Positions 8,450 to 17,045 of a DNA stretch of 48,282 nt are shown here, in pieces. This DNA comes from an uncultured Anaerolineaceae bacterium (GTDB lineage Bacteria > Chloroflexota > Limnocylindria > Limnocylindrales > CSP1-4), in contig CAZYTQ010000005.1 of the NCBI GenBank assembly GCA_964650135.1, forward strand, positions 6,887-55,168. The letters run 5' to 3'. Position numbers and translations under genes: made by a program. Position 1 is the stretch's first letter; every line of letters begins with the position of its first letter. The notes under the pieces are model-generated. The model was given only the letters and a program-made list of their open reading frames with translations, was not told the DNA's origin and ran no database searches.

Positions 8450-8614
8450 GGACCCCGTTGCACGCTCGGCCGTGTCCGAAGGCAGCGCTGGGACGGGTCG
8501 ACATCTCGCGAGCGATGTCGGTCAGCGGGTCGGGCGCAACCGCGGATCGGACGGATGCTCGTGCCCCCGGCGCCAGTCCAGCGGGGCTGGCCGGTGTCGG
8601 CGTCCGGTCCAGCC

Positions 8615-8631
8615 CGTGTCTGGCAGTCACG
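8615..8631. promoter_or_regulatory. Isolated copy of the 17-bp dyad-symmetric motif CGTG-N-CTG-N-CAG-N-CACG
   Basis: CGTGTCTGGCAGTCACG. All 14 defined positions match the three arrayed copies downstream. Only two of the spacer N positions differ. Confidence 0.45.
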
Positions 8632-8801
8632 AGAGTGATGATCCGGCGGGATGGAGGGCTCCGAACGGTCCGCGTCTCGAGCCGCGCACGGTCGATCGGC
8701 TGCGTGGCGATGCCACCTGGGTGCGATCGGGCGCGCGTGGCATCCACAGCGGACCGATGTGGATCCAGGAGCGGCCAGTCGCGGTTCCAGTGGGCTGGGA
8801 G

Positions 8802-8920
8802 CGCCGGCGGGACGCGCGATCTCGTGACTGGCAGACACGCCGGCGGGACGCGCGCGACCTCGTGACTGGCAGACACGCCGGCGGGACGCGCGATCTCGTG
8901 ACTGGCAGACACGCCGGCGA
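8802..8920. repeat. Head-to-tail tandem repeat of 36/38/36 bp plus a 9-bp partial unit; each unit carries the 17-bp dyad motif
   Basis: Units 8802-8837 and 8876-8911 are identical (cgccggcgggacgcgcgatctcgtgactggcagaca). Unit 8838-8875 differs only in atct versus cgacct. The dyad CGTGACTGGCAGACACG lies at 8823-8839, 8861-8877 and 8897-8913. Each unit also contains the palindrome CGCCGGCG. Confidence 0.9.
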
Positions 8921-9069
8921 CCCCAGGACCGGCACGCGGACGGGCGAGAGGACTCGTCTCCCCAATCCCGCGCCATCCGACCACCATCCGACCATCACCG
9001 GGCGACCCCCGCCGTTGGTGGTAGCCTCGTCCCTGGGCCGCACGCACAGCCACGCACCATGGAACGAAG

Positions 9070-10482
9070 ATGCCACCCTCGTCCACCCGTCGCCCGGCCA
9101 CGCTCGGTGGGCTGCGCGCGACCGGCTACCGGCCGCGCAGCGTCAAGGCGGAGATGCGTGCCAACCTGCTCGCGGCGCTGGCCGCGGACGCGGACGTGTT
9201 CGCGGGGATCGTGGGCTACGAGTCCACGGTCATCCCGGCCATCCAGAACGCGATCGTCGCGGGCCAGGACATCGTGCTCCTCGGCGAGCGGGGCCAGGCG
9301 AAGACCCGCATCGCCCGCTCGCTGACGCGCCTCCTGGACGAGGACATCCCCACGGTCGCCGGCACCGACCTGCGGGAGGATCCGCTCGCGCCCATCACGA
9401 GCGCGACCATGGAGCGCATCGCCACCGAGGGCGACGCCACGCCCATCGAGTGGCTGCCGCGCGACCGCCGCTACGGGGAGAAGCTCGCCACCCCGGACAT
9501 CACCATCGCCGACCTCGTGGGGGAGATCGATCCCATCAAGGTCGCCGAGGGTCGCTATCTCGCGGATGAGTCGACCATCCACTTCGGGCTCATCCCGCGC
9601 ACCAACCGGGGCATCGTGACCATCAACGAGCTGCCGGATCTCGCGGAACGCATCCAGGTGGGTCTGCTCAACATCCTCGAGGAGCGGGATGTCCAGGTCC
9701 GTGGCCACGCCATCCGGCTGCCGCTGGACCTCGCGTTCGTGGCCACCGCGAACCCGGAGGACTACACCAGCCGGGGCCGCATCATCACGCCCCTCAAGGA
9801 CCGCCTGGGGTCCCAGATCCGGACGCACTATCCGCGGACCATCGAGCTCGAGCTGGACATCATGCGCCAGGAGCGGGCCACGTTCGACGACGCGTCGATC
9901 GTGCTCGAGGAGCCACCGTTCATGCTCGAGATCGTGGCACGCCTGTCCCATCTCGCTCGACGCGCCCCGGAGGTCAGCCAGCGCTCGGGCGTGAGCGTCC
10001 GGGTGAGCATCGCCAACCTCGAGACGATGACTGCCAACGCGCTCCGTCGGGCGGTCCGGCTGGGTGAGCAGGCAGCGGCGCCCCGCATCAGCGACCTGGG
10101 TGCGCTGGTCCCATCGACGACCGGCAAGATCGAGCTCGAGACGCTCGGCGACGAGACGCCCGAGGAGCGCATCGTGGACCGACTCATCGCGCGTGCCGTC
10201 CACGAGACGTTCGCACGCCACGTGGACGAGGGCACCCTCGGTGATGTCGTGGAGGCCTTCGAGTCGGGCCTCGTCGTGCGGACCGGTGAATCGGTGCCCG
10301 CTCGGGACTACGTGGGCTGGATGCGTGAGACGCCGGGGATGGCCGCCGCGGTGTCCCGGCTGGGCATCGGCGAGTCGCCGGTCGCGGTCGCCTCGGCCGT
10401 GGAGCTCCTGCTGGAGGGCCTGCATCTCCATCGTCGGCTCAACAAGGACCGTGCTGCCACAGGTGGCACGTACCGGGCATGA
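9070..10482 (+). CDS. ChlI/BchI-MoxR-like AAA+ ATPase (COG1239-type)
   Basis: 470-aa ORF. P-loop LLGERGQAKTRIA. The block GLIPRTNRGIVTINELPDLAERIQVGLLNILEERDVQVRGHAIRLPLDLAFVATANPEDY aligns by eye with the ChlI Walker B to sensor region. Confidence 0.85.
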   Translation: MPPSSTRRPATLGGLRATGYRPRSVKAEMRANLLAALAADADVFAGIVGYESTVIPAIQNAIVAGQDIVLLGERGQAKTRIARSLTRLLDEDIPTVAGTDLREDPLAPITSATMERIATEGDATPIEWLPRDRRYGEKLATPDITIADLVGEIDPIKVAEGRYLADESTIHFGLIPRTNRGIVTINELPDLAERIQVGLLNILEERDVQVRGHAIRLPLDLAFVATANPEDYTSRGRIITPLKDRLGSQIRTHYPRTIELELDIMRQERATFDDASIVLEEPPFMLEIVARLSHLARRAPEVSQRSGVSVRVSIANLETMTANALRRAVRLGEQAAAPRISDLGALVPSTTGKIELETLGDETPEERIVDRLIARAVHETFARHVDEGTLGDVVEAFESGLVVRTGESVPARDYVGWMRETPGMAAAVSRLGIGESPVAVASAVELLLEGLHLHRRLNKDRAATGGTYRA

Positions 10483-10489
10483 CGACGTG

Positions 10490-12634
10490 ATGGGCGAGCG
10501 GCCCCGCGAGCCTGCGCACGGCAGCGCGCGTCACGCCGACACCCAGGACGCCGGCGCCGAGGCCTGGGGCTACGACGGCGCGGAGGTCCGATACGCCCGC
10601 TGGGACGGCCGCCAGCAACTGCCCGACCTGACCGCCGACGAGGTGCTGGGTGCGCTCGCGGACGACCTGGTCGAGGAGTCCGATGTCGAGGATGCGCTGA
10701 TGCGGCTGCTGCGCCGGGGTCTCGACGCCCCGGCCGATCCGCGTGCCTCGCCGCTCCCGGGTCTGGATGCGCTGCGGCAGCGGCTCGCCCAGGCGCGTCG
10801 CGAGATGCTCGCCCGGTACCAGCTCGACGATGTCCTCGCCGACATCCGCGAGGAGCTCGACGCGATCGTGGCCAGTGAGCGTCGGGGGATCGAACGACGG
10901 ATGGCGGGTGGCGCGTCGGAAGCCGCGGCCGCCGATCCCGACCGGGAGGCGCTGGAGGTGCTCGCCGCCGAGCTGGCGGGTCGCCGCCAGGAGCGGCTGG
11001 ACGCGCTGCCGACCGAGCTCGGGGACCGCATCAGGGCGCTCCAGGACTACGACTTCCTCGAGCCGGACGCGCGCGAGCGCTTCGAGGGGCTGCTGGCGCG
11101 TCTGGGTGGCCGGATGCTCGACGCGGTGTTCGAGGGCATGGCGGATGCCATCCGGGGCGCCACGCCGCAGGAGCTGGCCGCCAACCGGGAGATGGTCCGT
11201 GACCTCGATGGGCTGCTCCAACGACGACTCGCCGGCGATGAGCCCGCCCAGGCCGAGGTCGACGCCTTCCTGGGTCGGCATGGGGCGTCCTTCCCGGGCG
11301 CCCGGACCCTCGACGACATCGTGGCGTCGCTCGCGGACCGGATGGCGACGATGGCCTCGCTCATGCGCTCGCTGTCCGCCGAGCAGCGGGCGGAGCTGGA
11401 CTCGCTCATGGACGCCCTGCTGCGTGACGACCGGCTGCGCTGGGACCTCGCCCAGCTCGCCTCGACCCTCGACCAGCTGCTGCCGGGCGGCCTGGGCGAC
11501 CGGGTCCGCTTCCGGGGCCAGGAGTCGCTGGGTCTCGAGGGTGCCCTGGGCCAGCTCGAGCGCGTCGGTCGGCTGGACCGGCTGCGTGACCAGCTCGAGG
11601 CCCTGGAGGGCCCGGGGGGCCTCGACGCCATCGCCGCGGACGAGCTGCGTGACCTCCTGGACGATGACGCCGCCGAGCAGCTCGCCGCCCTCCGCGACCT
11701 CGCCCGTCGACTCGAGGCGGCGGGCTATGTGACCCGCGACGGCGAGCGGCTGTCGCTCACGCCGCGTGGCGCGCGACGGCTCGGCCAGCAGGTCCTCGAC
11801 CAGCTGTTCACGCGTCTGTCACGCGACGCGTTCGGTGAGCACGACATCCGTCATGCGGGTGGGGCAGGGGAGCGCGCCGAGACGTCCAGCCCGTGGGAGT
11901 TCGGTCGACCGTTCGACCTCGACCTGCGCACCACGCTTGCCAACGCGCTCGCCGATCCGCGCAACGCGCCGACCGTCGCCGGCCCGCGCGTGGCGGCGGG
12001 AGGCCGCCGAGTGCTCCTGTCGCCGGAGGACTTCGCCGTCGCGGATGCGGACGTGCGATCGGATGCCGCGACCGTGCTCCTGCTGGACATGAGCCGATCG
12101 ATGCTGCTGCGGGATTGTGCGCTGGCGGCCAAGAAGGTCGCGCTCGCGCTCCAGGCGCTCATCCACAGCCGGTTCCCGCGGGACGAGCTGCACATCGTCA
12201 GCTTCGCCTATGCGGCTCGCGAGATCCCCGCCGATGCCCTGGCCACCGTCAGCTGGGATGCCTGGGAGTACGGCACCAACCTGCAGCACGGGCTCCAGAT
12301 CGCGCGCGGCCTCCTGTCGCGGTCGCGCAGCGCCAACCGGTCGGTGCTCGTCATCACCGATGGCGAGCCGACCGCGCACATGGAGGACGGACGGGTCGAG
12401 TTCTCGTACCCACCCACGCGGCGGACCGTCCGGGAGACGCTGCGCGAGGTGATGCGCTGCACGCGGGATGGCATCGTCATCAACACCTTCATGCTCGACC
12501 GGTCTCCCTCGCTCGCCGCGTTCGTGGAGCACGTGACGCGGCTCAACCGTGGACGAGCGTTCCACGCGGACCCCGAGGACCTCGGTCGATACGTCCTCGT
12601 GGACTACGTGGGGCAGCGCACGGGTCGCCACTGA
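10490..12634 (+). CDS. von Willebrand factor A (vWA) domain protein with a long helical N-terminal region (COG4867-type partner of the AAA+ ATPase)
   Basis: ATG 10490 lies 8 nt after the ATPase stop (GTG 10487 is an alternative start). The roughly 500-aa N-terminal region is acidic, Leu/Arg-rich and helical. The C-terminal vWA domain has an intact MIDAS, LLLDMSRSM ... VLVITDGEPTAH. Confidence 0.85.
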   Translation: MGERPREPAHGSARHADTQDAGAEAWGYDGAEVRYARWDGRQQLPDLTADEVLGALADDLVEESDVEDALMRLLRRGLDAPADPRASPLPGLDALRQRLAQARREMLARYQLDDVLADIREELDAIVASERRGIERRMAGGASEAAAADPDREALEVLAAELAGRRQERLDALPTELGDRIRALQDYDFLEPDARERFEGLLARLGGRMLDAVFEGMADAIRGATPQELAANREMVRDLDGLLQRRLAGDEPAQAEVDAFLGRHGASFPGARTLDDIVASLADRMATMASLMRSLSAEQRAELDSLMDALLRDDRLRWDLAQLASTLDQLLPGGLGDRVRFRGQESLGLEGALGQLERVGRLDRLRDQLEALEGPGGLDAIAADELRDLLDDDAAEQLAALRDLARRLEAAGYVTRDGERLSLTPRGARRLGQQVLDQLFTRLSRDAFGEHDIRHAGGAGERAETSSPWEFGRPFDLDLRTTLANALADPRNAPTVAGPRVAAGGRRVLLSPEDFAVADADVRSDAATVLLLDMSRSMLLRDCALAAKKVALALQALIHSRFPRDELHIVSFAYAAREIPADALATVSWDAWEYGTNLQHGLQIARGLLSRSRSANRSVLVITDGEPTAHMEDGRVEFSYPPTRRTVRETLREVMRCTRDGIVINTFMLDRSPSLAAFVEHVTRLNRGRAFHADPEDLGRYVLVDYVGQRTGRH

Positions 12635-12651
12635 GCAGCGGCGGTCGGAGT

Positions 12652-13272
12652 TCAGGCGATGGCCCCGATCGCCCCTGCGAGGGCCACGACACCGAACAGC
12701 GCGATGGCGATGCCCGAGGCCATCGTCACGACCCGCAAGGCCCATGGCGATAGACGGCCCCGGACCAGCGCGACGATCGGCACGAGGACGAGCCACCAGG
12801 CGATCGACCCGATCGCGAGCCCGAGCCACAGTGACGCGGCGGCGCCCATCGACGCCGGGATGCCCATGCTCACCACCAGCGCGCCGTAGAGCAGCACCGT
12901 CAGCGGGTTCGTGAGCGTCAGGCCGACCATGGAGGCGCAGGCTCCGGCGAGACCGCGGGCGGTCGCGGGCCGGCCGATGAGTGGGGCGTCCGCACGGAGC
13001 ACCGTGCGTGCCCCGACCGCGACGAGCGCACACCCGCCGACGACGCCGAGGGGGATCGTGAGTGACACCAGGAGGTCCGCGGCCACGCCGATCCCGAACG
13101 CCGCGATCGCCGCATATGTGGCGTCGGCTGCCGCGACACCCAGCCCGGACGCCAGACCGATGGCCATCCCGGAGCCGAGCGTCCGGCGGATGACGAGCAA
13201 CGTGACAGGCCCGACCGCGGCAGCGATGGACACGCCGAGGAGCAGCCCTCGGCCCACGAGTACCGGTTCCAT
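12652..13272 (-). CDS. LysE/RhtB-family amino-acid exporter
   Basis: 206-aa ORF with 6 hydrophobic helices. The N-terminus GLLLGVSIAAAVGPVTLLVIRRTL is typical of the LysE family. Confidence 0.85.
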   Translation of the reverse strand: MEPVLVGRGLLLGVSIAAAVGPVTLLVIRRTLGSGMAIGLASGLGVAAADATYAAIAAFGIGVAADLLVSLTIPLGVVGGCALVAVGARTVLRADAPLIGRPATARGLAGACASMVGLTLTNPLTVLLYGALVVSMGIPASMGAAASLWLGLAIGSIAWWLVLVPIVALVRGRLSPWALRVVTMASGIAIALFGVVALAGAIGAIA

Positions 13273-13296
13273 GGGTGTGTCTCCAGGCTGGGGACA

Positions 13297-13332
13297 CGGG
13301 AACGCCCCCAGCGGATGCTGAGGGCGTTCCCG
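13297..13332 (-). terminator. GC-rich stem-loop (11-bp perfect stem, 14-nt loop) between the META-domain gene and lysE-like gene
   Basis: CGGGAACGCCC (13297-13307) pairs with GGGCGTTCCCG (13322-13332). There is no U-tract. It could be a terminator for the upstream gene or a 5'-leader element, since it lies 25 nt upstream of the exporter ATG. Confidence 0.3.
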
Positions 13333-13483
13333 ACCCGGTGTCTCGACGCGCCACGCCGGCGCACAGCCTCAGGTCGGACGGGCCCCCTCGCGGGGCCGCA
13401 CGTTGGCGGGCTGCGGATGATGGCGGACGATCATGCTGGCGCGATCATAGCGGCCGGCCGGGTCCGCCCGATACGTCAGGCGG

Positions 13484-14344
13484 TCAGGGCGCCGGCGAGG
13501 CGCCGGGGTCGACGAGATGGTCCGCCGGGGCCACGATGACCTGGGGCGTGCCGGCCGCATCGAGCAGCTCCCAGCCGCCGTCGGCGGTCGAGCGGACCGC
13601 CGTGCTCGCCTCCAGCGCCGCGATGACCGCCGCCTCGCGCTCCATGAGCGCCGGCTCGCAGGCCATCTTGGTGGACGCCACGGGGCCGATGGTCAGCACG
13701 CCGCCGTCCTGGGAGATGCCAGCGTGGAGCTGGTTGCAGCCGACCGTGCCGGAGAGCCCGCCATCCGCGATGGTGAGGATCGCGGCGCCATCGTCGATGG
13801 TCACCAGCTGTCCCTGGCCGTCGTTGTAGCTCGTGACCAGCCACTGGCCGTCGAGCGCGGGAGCTGCCTGCGGCTCGAACGCCAGGACGGGCTGGCCGTC
13901 GTCGGCTGACAGGACGAGCGTGGTGCCGTCGATCGCCCAGCTCGCGACCGCGGGCAGGTCGGCGAGGAAGAACGTCTCGACGGTACCGCCGGGACCCTCG
14001 CACAGCATCAGGGTCGTGATGATCTCGGGGGCGAAGGTGAGGCTGGCGCCGTCCAGCACGTAGCTGGTGGACCACTGGTTGCAGCCGCCGCTGCCCGATG
14101 CCAGGCCGTCGGCCATGTGGAGGGTCGCCTGGACCTCGGCCGGGATGGCCGCGTAGGCGCCGGAGAGACGGGCCTGCGCGAGGCGCCAGGTGATGCCCTC
14201 GGGGCTCGTCATCGTGCCCGGGGATGTGTCGGGTCCCAGCGGGGAGGCGCCGGGGCCGTCGTTGGCGAGCGCGGATGCACCGAGCATGGTCGTGAGCAGC
14301 ATCGCACCGGTGAGCAGCGCGAGCGGGCGGGGGCGCAGGGACAT
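13484..14344 (-). CDS. Secreted protein with two META (HslJ-like) domains
   Basis: Start taken at ATG 14344 (MSLRPRPLALLTGAMLLTTMLGASALA signal peptide). Two repeats carry the META signature, GSGGCNQWSTSY and GTVGCNQLHAGI, each followed by TxxMxCE. Confidence 0.75.
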   Translation of the reverse strand: MSLRPRPLALLTGAMLLTTMLGASALANDGPGASPLGPDTSPGTMTSPEGITWRLAQARLSGAYAAIPAEVQATLHMADGLASGSGGCNQWSTSYVLDGASLTFAPEIITTLMLCEGPGGTVETFFLADLPAVASWAIDGTTLVLSADDGQPVLAFEPQAAPALDGQWLVTSYNDGQGQLVTIDDGAAILTIADGGLSGTVGCNQLHAGISQDGGVLTIGPVASTKMACEPALMEREAAVIAALEASTAVRSTADGGWELLDAAGTPQVIVAPADHLVDPGASPAP

Positions 14345-14601
14345 GGAGAGGACCTCGCAGCGGGAAGGGACCGAACGGCCCACTGACGCCTGCGTCGTCG
14401 TTCCGGTTCCCTCGGCATGAGGACGCGCACAGGATCGGCGCGGGCCGCGCGCGGTACCATCAGCGTCGGTGGGCCGCCGGGGCGGCGGTCCGCGAGCGAT
14501 CCGTCGACCGACGGTGCGTCGTCACGCGGCGCGGAGGTCCGGTCGCTCATCCTGACCCGATGGATGGAGCCCGGCACGCCGGGCGCGCGAGGAGGACGAC
14601 C

Positions 14602-16017
14602 ATGACGCAGCCGCGCGTCGCCAGCACACCCGCCGAGCTCCTGGCCCTGCTCGCGGGCATCGCCAGTGTCGAGGGCGACCGTGTCGTCATCGAGGACGAG
14701 ACCGCGTTCCGGTCCGGTGGTATCCGCGATGTGGTCTGGAGCGCCACGTTCAGCGAGGACGCCGCGACCGTCGAGGCCGCGCGCTGGATCGTGTGGGAGG
14801 CCTCGCAGGAGCTGGGCAGCCCCTCGGGCAGCATCCATGACCTGTACATGGCCCGCGGTCGGGGCGAGGTGCGTGGCTTCACGGTGCCCGCCATCAACCT
14901 GCGCACCCAGGTGTTCGACATGACGTCGGCGATACTGCGGGTGCACCAGGAGCTGGACTCGGCGGCCATCATCCTCGAGCTCGCCCGGAGCGAGCAGGAG
15001 TACACCTATCAGCGGCCCGGCGAGTACATCACGAGCGTGCTCGCGGGTGCCATCGCGGTTGGTTGGCAGGGGCCCGTGTTCGTCCAGGGCGACCACTACC
15101 AGTTCAACGCCAAGAAGTACGCCGCGGACGCGGACGGCGTCGCGGGCACGCTGCGCAAGGCGACCTCCGATGCGTTGGCCGTCGGCTACGCCAACATCGA
15201 CATCGACTCGTCGACGCTGGTGGACCTCTCGCTGCCCGATGTCGACGCCCAGCAGCGCACGAACTACACGCGGGCCGCCGAGCTGTCCGCGCTCATCCGC
15301 TCGGAGCAGGCGGACGGGCTGACCGTGTCCATCGGCGGCGAGATCGGCGAGGTGGGCAAGGAGAACTCCACCGAGGCGGAGCTGCGGGCCTATCTCGATG
15401 GCTATCGCGCGGAGCTCGACCGCCTGGCCGGGCCAGGCGCTGTCGGGCTGTCCAAGGTGAGCGTCCAGACGGGCACCTCCCATGGCGGCGTGCCGCTGCC
15501 GGGCGGTGGCGTCGCGGAGGTGAAGCTGGACTTCGGGACGCTCGAGCGGCTGTCGGCCGTGTGCCGCGGCTACGGCCTGGCAGGCGCGGTCCAGCACGGT
15601 GCCTCGACGCTGCCTGACGAGCTGTTCCATCGGTTCCCGGAGGTGGAGACCGCGGAGATCCATCTCGCGACCGGCTTCCAGAACGCGCTGTATGACCACC
15701 CCGCATTCCCGGCTGCGCTGCACGAGGCCATCGAGGCGTGGTGCTTCGCGAACGCGGCGGATGAGCGGGGCGCCAACGACTCGGACAGCCAGTTCGTGTA
15801 CAAGACCCGCAAGAAGGCCCTCGGACCCAACAAGCGCGCATTGTGGGAGCTGGCGACGAAGGAGGAGATCCTCACGGACCAGGCGGCCAAGGTGCGCTAT
15901 CTCTCGGAGCAGCTGGGGGTGACCGGCAGCCGCGCGATGGTCGAGCGCCATGTCACGACACCGGTCCGCCATCGGCCGGCACCTGCCGCCATCCGCACGG
16001 CGGTGGCTGCCGGCTGA
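14602..16017 (+). CDS. Class II (metal-dependent) fructose/tagatose-bisphosphate aldolase family protein
   Basis: ATG 14602 has GAGGAGGA upstream. FTVPAINLRT, FVQGDHYQ, IDIDSS, SIGGEIGEVG and VQTGTSHGG match the class II aldolase (F_bP_aldolase) blocks. At 471 aa it is longer than classical FbaA. Confidence 0.8.
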   Translation: MTQPRVASTPAELLALLAGIASVEGDRVVIEDETAFRSGGIRDVVWSATFSEDAATVEAARWIVWEASQELGSPSGSIHDLYMARGRGEVRGFTVPAINLRTQVFDMTSAILRVHQELDSAAIILELARSEQEYTYQRPGEYITSVLAGAIAVGWQGPVFVQGDHYQFNAKKYAADADGVAGTLRKATSDALAVGYANIDIDSSTLVDLSLPDVDAQQRTNYTRAAELSALIRSEQADGLTVSIGGEIGEVGKENSTEAELRAYLDGYRAELDRLAGPGAVGLSKVSVQTGTSHGGVPLPGGGVAEVKLDFGTLERLSAVCRGYGLAGAVQHGASTLPDELFHRFPEVETAEIHLATGFQNALYDHPAFPAALHEAIEAWCFANAADERGANDSDSQFVYKTRKKALGPNKRALWELATKEEILTDQAAKVRYLSEQLGVTGSRAMVERHVTTPVRHRPAPAAIRTAVAAG

Positions 16018-16028
16018 GCCCCTGCCGC

Positions 16029-17045
16029 TCAGCGCGTGGTCCCGGCAGGGTCCTCCAGCGAGTCGCCCGGCACGTCCGCCAGGAAGCAGGCAGCCGCGTG
16101 GCCCGGCCCGACGTCCACGGCCGGCGGGTCGTCGACGCGACAGCGGTCGAAGGCGAGCGGGCAGCGCGTGTGGAACCGGCAGCCCGGTGGCACCCGGGAG
16201 GCGTCGGGTGTCTCGCCCCGCAGGATGCGTCGCTCGCGTCGGTGGCTCGGGTCGGGTGAGGGCATCACGGACAGCAGCGCCCGGGTGTAGGGATGACGTG
16301 GGTCGCGCACCAGCTGCTCGGCGGGTCCGATCTCCACGACCCGGCCGAGGTACATCACGGCGATGCGATCCGCGATGAGCCACGCGAGCGACAGGTCATG
16401 GGTGATGAACAGGATGGCCACGTCCCGCTTGCTGCGCAGGTCGAGCATCACCCGCAGGATGCCGCTCCGGAGCGAGACGTCCAGCATCGAGACCGGCTCG
16501 TCGGCCACCAGCACATCGGGCTGGAGCACCATCGCGCTCGCGATGGCGACCCGCTGACGCTGACCACCCGAGAGCTCGTGGGGGAACCGGTCACGATAGC
16601 GCTCGACAGGCCGCAGGCCGGCGTCATCGAGCGCCTGGTCCACGCTGCGTGCCCGCTCGGCGGCATCGCCCACGCCCTGCACCAGGAGCGGCTCCGCCAC
16701 CTGCTGCGCGACGGTCCGTCGTGGGTCGAGGCTCTCGTACGGGTCCTGGAAGATGATCTGGACCCGTCGCCGATAGTCGCGCAGGGCGCGTCCCCCGATG
16801 TGCGTGACATCCTGGTCGTCCAGCAGCACCTGCCCGCCGGTGATGGGCGCCAGGCGGACGAGCGCACGCCCGGTGGTGGTCTTGCCCGATCCGGACTCAC
16901 CGACGAGCGCGACGATCTCGCCACGGCCGATGTCGAGGTCCACGCCATCCACGGCGCGGACCACGCCCGCTGGCTGCCGCCGGACCCAGGCGCCCAGCGA
17001 GCGCCGCAGGGGGTAGTGGACCCGGAGCGACCGCAGGCCGATCAT
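16029..17045 (-). CDS. Peptide ABC transporter ATP-binding protein (DppF/OppF type)
   Basis: Start ATG 17045 overlaps the upstream stop (ATGA). [32 protein letters not shown], and the C-terminal oligopeptide-type CxxxC tail ([12 protein letters not shown]). Confidence 0.88.
   Translation of the reverse strand: MIGLRSLRVHYPLRRSLGAWVRRQPAGVVRAVDGVDLDIGRGEIVALVGESGSGKTTTGRALVRLAPITGGQVLLDDQDVTHIGGRALRDYRRRVQIIFQDPYESLDPRRTVAQQVAEPLLVQGVGDAAERARSVDQALDDAGLRPVERYRDRFPHELSGGQRQRVAIASAMVLQPDVLVADEPVSMLDVSLRSGILRVMLDLRSKRDVAILFITHDLSLAWLIADRIAVMYLGRVVEIGPAEQLVRDPRHPYTRALLSVMPSPDPSHRRERRILRGETPDASRVPPGCRFHTRCPLAFDRCRVDDPPAVDVGPGHAAACFLADVPGDSLEDPAGTTR

Noticed and set aside
8802-8920. The tandem repeats might be a small CRISPR array.
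   Set aside because: The units are directly contiguous with no unique spacers. Only about 3.3 units are present, and no cas genes are in the window. This is a plain tandem repeat or operator array.
7962-9569. A 535-aa ORF, plus several 230-300-aa ORFs on both strands, spans the 8450-9069 region.
   Set aside because: The translations are dominated by Arg, Pro, Gly and Ser, which is typical of out-of-frame or non-coding GC-rich DNA. They also run through the real AAA+ gene and the 7646-8449 gene in wrong frames, and they contain the tandem repeat as repeated peptide nonsense.
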